Shown here: piece by piece, positions 23,977 to 31,702 of the stretch
Position numbering within the stretch: the stretch's first letter is position 1
Layout of the letters: every line of letters starts with the position of its first letter
From: an uncultured Clostridium sp.
Lineage (GTDB): Bacteria > Bacillota > Clostridia > Oscillospirales > CAG-272
Direction: 5' to 3'
Length of the DNA: 37,945 nt
Assembly (NCBI GenBank): GCA_964501175.1
Contig: CAZCRV010000001.1
Span: 1 to 37,945 of the forward strand
Notes under the pieces: generated by a model
What the model saw: only the letters and a program-made list of their open reading frames with translations
Told to the model about the DNA's origin: nothing
Database searches by the model: none
Program-made: the position numbers and the translations under genes

Positions 23977-25494
23977 TTATTTATGTGTGGGCTTGAATAA
24001 CAGAATAAAGACGATCATGACCATCATGGCAAGAATTGCCATGGGGGGAATGAGATCGCGCAGTGAGGCTTTTTCTTCGACCGGCTCGGTTTCCTCGGAA
24101 GCTTTGGTGGTGGCCGAGGAAACCGGAGCGGTGGTCGCGGCTGCCGTGGTTACAGGCTCGAGCTTTTTGACAGAAAAGCGGTATTCCGCCTGGCCCAGCC
24201 ATTCTCCCGTGGCAAAATCTCTGCCACGTACCAGGACGGCGTCCTCGTAAATTGTCACGTAGTAGCCCTGGCTGCCTGCGATTTCATAGCCGCCTGTGCC
24301 GTCATCGGTCCAGAGATATGCGGCAGACGCCGTGTTGAAGATCCTGGAGCCCTCCTGCAGCTTGAACATGGTTCCGGTTTCGTTCATGGATCTGTGCGAG
24401 TGGCCGTTGAACATGACGACGTTGGAGTAGCGGTCAAGAAGACTTTGTACTTCCAAGTAGTTGTATACATCGCCGCAGCTGTGCGGATCGGGCGTGCCTG
24501 AAACGGTATTGGGCAGCGGCTCGTGCAAAAAGACGAACACGGGCTTATCCGGATTTGCGGATGAGAGTATGGCGGAAAGCCAGGAAAGCTGCGCAGAGGA
24601 AATCACGGCCTTGCCGTCCTGATACGAGTCCGCACCAAGCACGATCATGGTGCAAGTCCCCAGGTTGAACGAGTAGTAAGGGGTGGTCAATGCGCTCCCG
24701 CTCGGATGCTTGACGTATTTGAAAAATCTTTGCAGATTGGCACTATATGCGCTCTCGTCGTAGAGATAGGTGCCCTTGGTAAGGAATTCATGCGTGCCGA
24801 TTGCGCGGTACAAGGGCGGGAGACCCGTTTCTTGGGCGTAAAGCTGCGCAAGAAGCTCGTAGTATTCGTCCTCGGCCGCGTCCACGGCAGAGCCGACGAT
24901 AAAAATGCCTGCGGCATTGGGCGAATTTGCTTTGATATCCTTGAGCATGGCGGCAAAGCTTGCCTGTGTTTGCGTATCTCTGCCTACGTGCGTATCGGAT
25001 ATTACCACGAATTCGGCCAGCGTTTTACCTGCTTTGGGAAACGTGAGATTGCTGAAGTCGGTAGCAGCCATAAACGCGGTACTCTCTCCATAGCTTTCGC
25101 TATAGGTATATACCACAACTGATTTTGCCTTTTCGGGAACGGTAAAGGTTTCGTTGATCGATATCAGTACGTAATCAGAGGTGATCTTTCCCGTATAGAA
25201 AGCTGAATAGCCGGGCAGACGGTTGCCGTTCGCATCGCTCCAGTAAAGGGCATAAGAGGTTGCGTTGGAGTCCTCGGGCAGCGTCATGTAAAAGGTGCCT
25301 GCGCCGTATCCCTGCGCGCCGTCGATCAGTACAAAGGAGGCCGTATCGGGCAGCGTGGTCGTACCGGTGGTATCCTCGGTTTGCTCCTCTGTGCTGCCTT
25401 GTGTATCACCTTGCTCGGACGAGGCCGAGCAAAACAGCGTCGACGAACCGAGAAGCAGGCAGAAGCACAGCAAAATGGTCAGAATTCTTTTCAT
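23977..25494 (-). CDS. secreted, C-terminally membrane-anchored calcineurin-like metallophosphoesterase
   Basis: GAGGA lies 7 nt before ATG 25494. Signal peptide MKRILTILLCFCLLLGSSTLFCSA. Blocks ISDTHVG, GTHE, FLHEPL, NGHSHR. A Thr/Ala/Glu linker precedes the hydrophobic tail PPMAILAMMVMIVFILLFKPTHK. Confidence 0.75.
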   Translation of the reverse strand: MKRILTILLCFCLLLGSSTLFCSASSEQGDTQGSTEEQTEDTTGTTTLPDTASFVLIDGAQGYGAGTFYMTLPEDSNATSYALYWSDANGNRLPGYSAFYTGKITSDYVLISINETFTVPEKAKSVVVYTYSESYGESTAFMAATDFSNLTFPKAGKTLAEFVVISDTHVGRDTQTQASFAAMLKDIKANSPNAAGIFIVGSAVDAAEDEYYELLAQLYAQETGLPPLYRAIGTHEFLTKGTYLYDESAYSANLQRFFKYVKHPSGSALTTPYYSFNLGTCTMIVLGADSYQDGKAVISSAQLSWLSAILSSANPDKPVFVFLHEPLPNTVSGTPDPHSCGDVYNYLEVQSLLDRYSNVVMFNGHSHRSMNETGTMFKLQEGSRIFNTASAAYLWTDDGTGGYEIAGSQGYYVTIYEDAVLVRGRDFATGEWLGQAEYRFSVKKLEPVTTAAATTAPVSSATTKASEETEPVEEKASLRDLIPPMAILAMMVMIVFILLFKPTHK

Positions 25495-25511
25495 AAAAAT
25501 ATCCTCGGGAA

Positions 25512-26963
25512 TCAATATCTTTGCCAGTGGTAAACGCCCTTTTCATCCTTTTTGTCAATGTCTCTGAAAACGTAATAGATGGGCTTGGGGGTATCGGGCA
25601 CGCTGCTTTCGGGTCTGCGGCGCCAAAGGCCGAGGTTCAGGCCGAATTCGCCCTTGTTATCCCCGTGCGCGTGCAGAATAAAGCTGTCGATTTCGGGAAT
25701 CTCCATCACCTTGCGGTAAGCCTTGCCGTAGGCCATGGCCTGCAGCACCTCGCTGGTGGCGGTGTTGTGCGAGTTAAAGCCCTGCTCTGAGAGAATGATG
25801 CGGCGGCGCTGTCCTTGGAACAGGCATTCCTGTTTGTAAAGGAACTGAGCCAACACCTCAAGGTTCTTGAAGGTGATGCGGTAGGTGTCCTCGTCTTCGG
25901 TGGCGGTGGTGTCGTTCCAGAAATCGGGGAAGTTGAGGTTTTCGGGGTAGGGGTGGTGTGCCACGTTCCAACCGATCTCGCCCTCGGTCTTGCCAAGGCG
26001 AACCAGCTCCTCGAGCACGAATTTCGAGCCGTAGAAGCGGTTGGGATTTGCGCTGAAGTTGGCGCCGGTCCAGAAGTGGTCAAGCGAAATGTAGGTGCGC
26101 GCGCCTGACCAGATAGCGGTGGAAACCTGCCAGCAAAGGCGCAGAGAGGTGGTGTAGTCGTAAACGTATTGCGCAAGCGTTGCCTCGCCCATGTTGCACC
26201 ATTCAAAGCCCGAGTTGACCTCGTTACCCACGATGTGACCAACGGCACGGCCAAAGGGTGCGCCGTCCAGCGTATAGCGGTCGGTCAGAAAGGCGACCCA
26301 GGCCGAGTAGTAGCGCACGGCGCGCTCGTTATGCAGATTGAATGCAGAAATTCTGCCGCCCTCGCAAAAGCCGGGGTGCTTGATGATCTCCCAAAGGTCG
26401 TCGGGCGTTTGCACGCCGCCCCAGGTGTGGGAGTTAAGCAGAATGTAGGTAATGATCACGCCGGCCTCGGTCAGCTCGCGCACGCGTGCGTCGTTGTGCT
26501 CGACCACCTTTTTGCGAAAATAGAAGGTCTCACCGTCAAATTCGTAAGGGATGGTGTCGCCCTCGACGGGCTCAACCCACAAAAAAGAGCCTAAGTTGAC
26601 GTTGAGCGCCGCGTGCTTGACGCCTAAGTTGATGGCGTCGTGCACCATGGTGACCTGCAAGCCCTTTTTGCTCTCGGTCACGGGGTAGGGCGCGTCGCGC
26701 AGGGATGAACCCATGTCCTCAACGTAGCAAGCGCCCTCGCAATCCGCACCGTCGGTGCTTGTGCGATAGTAAAGGAATCTGCCGTCGCAGCCGCCTTGGT
26801 GGATGGGCAAGGTAAAGCTGCCGTTTTTGGCCGTAGCGGTGGCGGTAAAGATGGGTGTGTCAAGGCAGAATGCGCTGCGATAAGCGGTGACCTGCACGCC
26901 CCCGTCGAAGTCTGTATCAAAGCGGATCTGGTCGTTGTCCGTGACGATGCGTAAAATCTTCAT
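25512..26963 (-). CDS. cytoplasmic glycoside-hydrolase-like TIM-barrel protein (DUF5722-like)
   Basis: GGGAGG lies 7 nt before the ATG. There is no signal peptide. An N-terminal beta-rich ~110 aa is followed by a segment with alternating strand/helix pattern (GVKHAALNV, ITYILLNSHTW, IVGNEVN, ILSEQGF). IVGNEVN resembles the clan GH-A acid/base NE motif. The family name is from memory and is moderately uncertain. Confidence 0.45.
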   Translation of the reverse strand: MKILRIVTDNDQIRFDTDFDGGVQVTAYRSAFCLDTPIFTATATAKNGSFTLPIHQGGCDGRFLYYRTSTDGADCEGACYVEDMGSSLRDAPYPVTESKKGLQVTMVHDAINLGVKHAALNVNLGSFLWVEPVEGDTIPYEFDGETFYFRKKVVEHNDARVRELTEAGVIITYILLNSHTWGGVQTPDDLWEIIKHPGFCEGGRISAFNLHNERAVRYYSAWVAFLTDRYTLDGAPFGRAVGHIVGNEVNSGFEWCNMGEATLAQYVYDYTTSLRLCWQVSTAIWSGARTYISLDHFWTGANFSANPNRFYGSKFVLEELVRLGKTEGEIGWNVAHHPYPENLNFPDFWNDTTATEDEDTYRITFKNLEVLAQFLYKQECLFQGQRRRIILSEQGFNSHNTATSEVLQAMAYGKAYRKVMEIPEIDSFILHAHGDNKGEFGLNLGLWRRRPESSVPDTPKPIYYVFRDIDKKDEKGVYHWQRY

Positions 26964-26996
26964 AATGCGGCCTCCCGATGTTTATGGATTATCTCC

Positions 26997-27025
26997 ATTA
27001 TATCAAATAACTGCGCCAAAGGCAA
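26997..27025 (-). promoter_or_regulatory. sigma-A promoter of the long minus-strand operon
   Basis: On the minus strand: TTGCCT (27025-27020), 17-nt spacer, TATAAT (27002-26997). A ~30-nt leader runs to the GGGAGG RBS. Confidence 0.6.
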
Positions 27026-27057
27026 TAGGCATATGGAAATTTACAATGATTGGTTTG

Positions 27058-27090
27058 CAAAAAGTGCCCTGCGGCATTTTGCCGCAGGGC
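27058..27090 (-). terminator. intrinsic terminator of the lipoprotein-metzincin pair
   Basis: GCCCTGCGGC (27066-27075) pairs with GCCGCAGGGC (27081-27090). On the minus strand it is followed by ACTTTTTG. Confidence 0.65.
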
Positions 27091-27110
27091 TTGGCTTTCA
27101 TGATTCGATT

Positions 27111-28667
27111 TTACTCGGTTTGGGTTTGGTCATTAACGTCGTAGAATTGCAACGTGCCATTTTCGTACGCCTCAAGGTCGGCTTGAACCAATACTACAAT
27201 ACCGTTTGGCAAGATATAACTGCCGTTTGCCGTTCGCATATTTGTGATGCCATACGCTATATTGGCGTTGTCTTTGGTTAAATCCAACCTTGCTCTACAT
27301 CCAAGACAGTTTGCATATCGTCCGTTTTCAATCTCATCATACAGTACGCTATGTGCTTGGGTTTCTGTTTTTCCACATGTGCAGGCTCTTCGGTGTTGGT
27401 TTTCGTTCAAATATAAATAAAGACCAAATGTATGGCTTGTCTCAGCATATCCACACGTCAAGCAACCGTGAATCGTCATATCGTGTTCTTCCAAAAAGGT
27501 ATATCCTAACCCGGGAACAATGTTTGTATATTTGTGGTAGGTGCTGTTAACCGATGTGACCGTATAGTTTTGGGGAACTCTTTCATCAAAAGGTGCTACA
27601 TATCTGCAATATTTGCACTTGTAATAATCCCGATCACCGTAACTTGCTACAGCCATCATGTTGCCACTTGACAATTCATGATTGTTAACACATAGGCCAT
27701 ACAAATAAAAATCATCACCATAAGTATAACCATCAAAAGAGTCTATCCATTTCACTCCGTTACAAATTGAGCATATCATCTTGTGCTTTCCGTCTTTCAT
27801 TTCTTTATATAACCATTTATGGTCATTATCATTATGGAAACCTCTTATGATTGCTACACCTGCAATATCTTTGTAAGTAATGTTCTGTTCGCAAGTTTCA
27901 GGTGTAGCACCATATCCCATAAGCAATTCTTGATGATGATAATGCTCTGATCCTTCTGCTCCACAACGCTCCTCTATATCATATAATCCCAATACATGTC
28001 CGAATTCGTGCGCACCGGCTTTCTCTCTCGCTGCATTCACATAATCAGCAGTATAATATGACCCATGCTCATAGAAATGTTCTATATTTACTAGCATTTT
28101 CCACTCGAAATAATGCTGATGATGATATAAATTAACGGTTTCTATGTATTCGCTTGATCCAACAGAATAAGTTCCTGCCAATGCTCCTAAGTTCAGGGCG
28201 GGATATATGATCAAATTGTGATCTTCTGCCGTCCCTTCCACTATGTTAATAATTCTGTTTTTTGTTATGCTTTCATCTTCTCCGTATGAATAAAAATAGA
28301 CATTATTCCATTTTTTCATGCTTTGCGCATATGTTTCCTTTATTTCATTAGCTGTCTCTGACGATATGCCTCCGGAAGTCCATGTATACTGTCCGTCTTC
28401 AGATTCGGGTGCAAAATAGTATTTGACAGTAACTAATTCGGTAGCCATGTGAGATGACCAGCCTCCACTTTTTAAAATATACCAGGCTTCATCAAGTCCA
28501 TCCGCGGGAAGTTCTGCTCCGTTTTCGGGAGAAGAATATACACAATCATCGTATATTACATCTAAAAAAGCATCATGTGCGTATGTGGCAGTTGCAGCGC
28601 ATAACATGCAACTCAATATCATAAATAAACTCATAAAGCTTAAGCAAAATTTTTTAACCCCTTTCAT
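27111..28667 (-). CDS. secreted zinc metalloprotease, snapalysin-like metzincin, with a Cys-pair-rich C-terminal region
   Basis: AAAGGAGA lies 6 nt before ATG 28667. Signal peptide ...MILSCMLCAATATYA. HEFGHVLGLYD (HExxHxxGxxD) is encoded at 27978-28010, followed by C...ELLMGYG (Met-turn-like). The C-terminal 220 aa carry CSIC, CKYC, CLTC, CTC and CLGC. Confidence 0.7.
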   Translation of the reverse strand: MKGVKKFCLSFMSLFMILSCMLCAATATYAHDAFLDVIYDDCVYSSPENGAELPADGLDEAWYILKSGGWSSHMATELVTVKYYFAPESEDGQYTWTSGGISSETANEIKETYAQSMKKWNNVYFYSYGEDESITKNRIINIVEGTAEDHNLIIYPALNLGALAGTYSVGSSEYIETVNLYHHQHYFEWKMLVNIEHFYEHGSYYTADYVNAAREKAGAHEFGHVLGLYDIEERCGAEGSEHYHHQELLMGYGATPETCEQNITYKDIAGVAIIRGFHNDNDHKWLYKEMKDGKHKMICSICNGVKWIDSFDGYTYGDDFYLYGLCVNNHELSSGNMMAVASYGDRDYYKCKYCRYVAPFDERVPQNYTVTSVNSTYHKYTNIVPGLGYTFLEEHDMTIHGCLTCGYAETSHTFGLYLYLNENQHRRACTCGKTETQAHSVLYDEIENGRYANCLGCRARLDLTKDNANIAYGITNMRTANGSYILPNGIVVLVQADLEAYENGTLQFYDVNDQTQTE

Positions 28668-28669
28668 TT

Positions 28670-29710
28670 TCAATCTCCTTTCGTTTTTATAATCTCTGCA
28701 ATATCTTCTGCTTTCAATAAGCCATATTCGTTTATGTTACCGTATCGATCTGTCCAGTTGTATTTCCCTGTGATCATAAAACGCAAGGCATCATCGTAAT
28801 ATTTCCCAAAATATTCTGGCAAAAAACCGTTCTCGCTTGTGTTGCCATCCGGTGTGTGCGTGCTCGTGTGTATTTTCACATAATATGCGTTATCTAACTC
28901 CATAAGAGTCAAAACGACGGATTTATGGTAATAACAATCGATGCTATGATAAATAATAGCCGGATTATTACATTGATGATACTTTGAAACAGTATTATCC
29001 GAATAAAAATAAAGAAAAGCTTCTGCAAATTCCAAAGGTTCTGAAGTATTTACACCGTCAACGAATTCTGGCGAATAAATCCGGTAGTGCTCCATATCTG
29101 CGCTTACATCTTTTTCATCCAACATATTCACGCAAGACAGAGTTTTGTTTATTTGAAAGCTTACTACGAAATCCTTGCCGTCATAACTATCCTTTAGTTC
29201 TTGCTCGTCCTCAAACTTGACCCATGTATAACTATCAATACAGCATTGATCGTAAAATTCATATTCATGCCCACTATCTGAATAGGCGCAAACATAGTAA
29301 TACGCATTCGGATTAAATTCTACAAATAATACCTTGCCGCTTTCTTTGGCTGAATCAAATTTGTTTTCGTATGTGTTCTCCAACCCGGAAAATTCATACT
29401 TTAAATGACCGAGATACGTCTTCAAAGTATGGATCAAATAATCAAATTCTTTTTCCGGGTCATACGTATCATCGGCTAACGTGATCGGTTGAGAGGTGTC
29501 TTCCGGTAAGGGATCGGATGTTTCTTGTACTACTTCTGTATGGATATCGGTTGCTTGGGAGTTTTCAACTGTATCATCGGTATTGCTTGGAGCAAGTTCA
29601 TTTTGGCTTTGTGCCTCAAAGCTAACATTGGACAAGTCGCAAGCCGATAAGAGCAGGCAGGATGCCAGCAGAAAAAGCAGGGGGAGGAGTGCTTTTTGTG
29701 AGTATTTCAT
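28670..29710 (-). CDS. lipoprotein of unknown function
   Basis: AAAGGAG lies 8 nt before ATG 29710 (the ORF track starts 33 codons upstream at 29809). Lipobox LLLSAC. An acidic Ser/Thr/Asp/Glu-rich linker precedes a Tyr/Cys-rich globular part. Its stop is 2 nt from the metzincin start. Confidence 0.65.
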   Translation of the reverse strand: MKYSQKALLPLLFLLASCLLLSACDLSNVSFEAQSQNELAPSNTDDTVENSQATDIHTEVVQETSDPLPEDTSQPITLADDTYDPEKEFDYLIHTLKTYLGHLKYEFSGLENTYENKFDSAKESGKVLFVEFNPNAYYYVCAYSDSGHEYEFYDQCCIDSYTWVKFEDEQELKDSYDGKDFVVSFQINKTLSCVNMLDEKDVSADMEHYRIYSPEFVDGVNTSEPLEFAEAFLYFYSDNTVSKYHQCNNPAIIYHSIDCYYHKSVVLTLMELDNAYYVKIHTSTHTPDGNTSENGFLPEYFGKYYDDALRFMITGKYNWTDRYGNINEYGLLKAEDIAEIIKTKGD

Positions 29711-29735
29711 GATATCCGCTCCTTTCGTTTTTTTA

Positions 29736-29764
29736 ATGATATCATAGTATATGCGATCCGTCAA
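29736..29764 (-). promoter_or_regulatory. candidate promoter of the islet operon
   Basis: On the minus strand: TTGACG (29764-29759), 17-nt spacer, TATCAT (29741-29736). Confidence 0.45.
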
Positions 29765-29898
29765 GTAGCTGCACGTAATTTGCAAGTGGTGCAATATCAT
29801 AATTAACAATTTTTTGTGAACATTCTACACAATTCTCGCACAAGTATACAAAAGTGTGATACAATGAACCCGAGAAATGACGGAAAGGCGGCATTGAT

Positions 29899-31701
29899 AT
29901 GAAAAAATACCTGTCCTTATTACTGATATGCATCATCATTTTAGGCGTGCTTGCGTCCTGCAATCCTGCACACGAGCCCGAGCAGACCACGTCTGCGCAA
30001 ACGGCTGCCCCCGAGACGACCGAGCCCGATACCGAGGAGCAAACCGAGCCTGCGCCCGCGATCAATCTGACCGATCCCGTGTTCTCTTTGGCGGGTGGGC
30101 TTTACAAGGCGTCCGAGCAGCTGACGCTGCAGGCTCCCGAGGGCACAGACTATACCGTGCGTTACACCACCGACGGCAGCGTGCCCACAAAGAAATCCAA
30201 GGCGGCCGAGGATAGCATTAGCGTGCCGGGCAAGGACGCCACGGTGGTCCGCGCGGCTTGCTTTGATTCGGACGGCAATATCGTTGGCAAGGTGGTCACG
30301 CATACGTATATCAAGGCGAACGACCAGCGCGCGGCGCTGTATACCGTCTCTCTGACGCTTGAGCCGGATGATTTCGACGAGCTTTGCACGTATTATACCG
30401 AAAAATTGGAAATGCCCACGCACATAGAGATCATCACGCCCGCGGGCGAGAGAGTGGTCTCGCAGGACGGTGGCATGCGCATCTTCGGCGGCTCGTCCCG
30501 CGCGCTGTCGCAAAAGTCGTTCAAGATCATCGCGCGCAAAACGGGGCACTTTGGCACCGATATTTACGAGGGCGCGGGCACCTTCCGTTATGCGTTTTTT
30601 GAGGATCGCGTGGTGCGCGCGGGCAAGGACGCGGGCGAGATACTGGACAGATACGACAGCCTGATTTTGCGCAACGGCGGCAACGACTCGCTGCTGCACA
30701 ATTCCTGCGACCCGCTCAACGCTTCGCTTTTGCGTGATAATGCGGTCAACAATTTTGCCGCGCACGTCACCGACACCTTGGATTATGCCTGCTCCGCGTT
30801 TGCCGTGGTGTACGTCAACGGCGAGTATTACGGAATCCTTGACATGAAGGAGAATTTGAACGAGGACTACGTCAAGCGCGTGTACGGTGTGCTTGACGAT
30901 GACGTGGTCGTGGTCAAGAGTGAGCTGGATACCTCGCGCGGTGGCCGCTTTGACGGCCAGTGGTTCTATTATGAAAGCGAAAACGCGGACGAGCTGGCCG
31001 CATGGGAAGCCATCTGCGATGAGGTTGCCACCGCACAAAAGAAGGGGAATGCCTCTTACTATGAAACGCTTGCCGAGAAGGTGGATCTGCACAGCTTTGC
31101 CGAATATTGCGCGCTCAATCTCTATACCTCCAATCACGACTGGCCGCACAATAACGTCAAGCTTTGGCGTTATACCGGCACACCCGTCGAGGGTATTGAG
31201 ATCACGGATGGCAAGTGGAGATTTATGACTCGCGACTGCGACCTGGGGCTTGGCAGATACGATTCCGCTTATCTCAATCCCGAGCTGGATACCACTCCCG
31301 AGGTGGACAGCTTTTACCGTATGCTTGGCAATTTCGTGGACTATCACGATCTGTATTCCTACGAGGGCGAGCAGCGCATGTACCCCGATTCGCTCGGGCT
31401 GCAATGCATGCTGGCTTATTGCCTTGAAAACGACGAGTTCCGCGCGGATTTCGAGCAGATCTGCCGCAAGATGGCCTCTGCCGAATCTGCAGAGCTGCTG
31501 CTGGCCGAGCTTTTCTTGGGCTATACGGCGATCGCTCCCGAGATGGAGCGTCACATCGAGCACTGGGAATGGGCGATCGGCAACGGTTATACGCTCAAAT
31601 CCTGGAAAAAGGAGTATTCCGCTATCAAGAAATACGTGGACGCACGCCCCGCGTACTTTATCGAGCAGTTAGAGCGGGCGTTGGAAAGGACAGGAAATTG
31701 A
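29899..31701 (+). CDS. CotH-family (atypical kinase) lipoprotein with an N-terminal chitobiase/hexosaminidase-C-like beta domain
   Basis: Lipobox GVLASC, then a Pro/Glu/Thr linker. FSLAGGLY...VRYTTDGSVPT is a CHB_HEX_C-type domain. CotH blocks: SFKIIARK, LILRNGGNDSL, LRDNAVNNFA, YYGILDMKENLNEDYVKRVYG, NHDWPHNN. Confidence 0.75.
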   Translation: MKKYLSLLLICIIILGVLASCNPAHEPEQTTSAQTAAPETTEPDTEEQTEPAPAINLTDPVFSLAGGLYKASEQLTLQAPEGTDYTVRYTTDGSVPTKKSKAAEDSISVPGKDATVVRAACFDSDGNIVGKVVTHTYIKANDQRAALYTVSLTLEPDDFDELCTYYTEKLEMPTHIEIITPAGERVVSQDGGMRIFGGSSRALSQKSFKIIARKTGHFGTDIYEGAGTFRYAFFEDRVVRAGKDAGEILDRYDSLILRNGGNDSLLHNSCDPLNASLLRDNAVNNFAAHVTDTLDYACSAFAVVYVNGEYYGILDMKENLNEDYVKRVYGVLDDDVVVVKSELDTSRGGRFDGQWFYYESENADELAAWEAICDEVATAQKKGNASYYETLAEKVDLHSFAEYCALNLYTSNHDWPHNNVKLWRYTGTPVEGIEITDGKWRFMTRDCDLGLGRYDSAYLNPELDTTPEVDSFYRMLGNFVDYHDLYSYEGEQRMYPDSLGLQCMLAYCLENDEFRADFEQICRKMASAESAELLLAELFLGYTAIAPEMERHIEHWEWAIGNGYTLKSWKKEYSAIKKYVDARPAYFIEQLERALERTGN

Positions 31702-31702
31702 T

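Larger units (their letters stand above)
27030..29870. other. low-GC two-gene islet (probable horizontally acquired insertion)
   Basis: Hand-counted 60-nt lines inside give 28-40% GC, against about 57% in both flanks. Codon usage is AT-rich. The islet has its own promoter and terminator. Confidence 0.55.

Noticed and set aside
26964-27025. Looked for a cobalamin riboswitch ahead of the corrinoid operon
   Set aside because: The leader between the -10 box and the RBS is only about 30 nt, which is far too short for a B12 riboswitch. No B12-box-like sequence was seen.
29711-29809. 33-codon N-terminal extension of the lipoprotein ORF
   Set aside because: AAAGGAG lies 8 nt before ATG 29710, and the signal peptide begins there. 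The extension would bury the lipobox and overlaps the candidate promoter.
29941-31563. 540-aa minus-strand ORF
   Set aside because: It is antisense to the CotH gene, Arg/Gly/His/Leu-rich, and has no start context. The plus-strand frame has a lipobox and CotH blocks.
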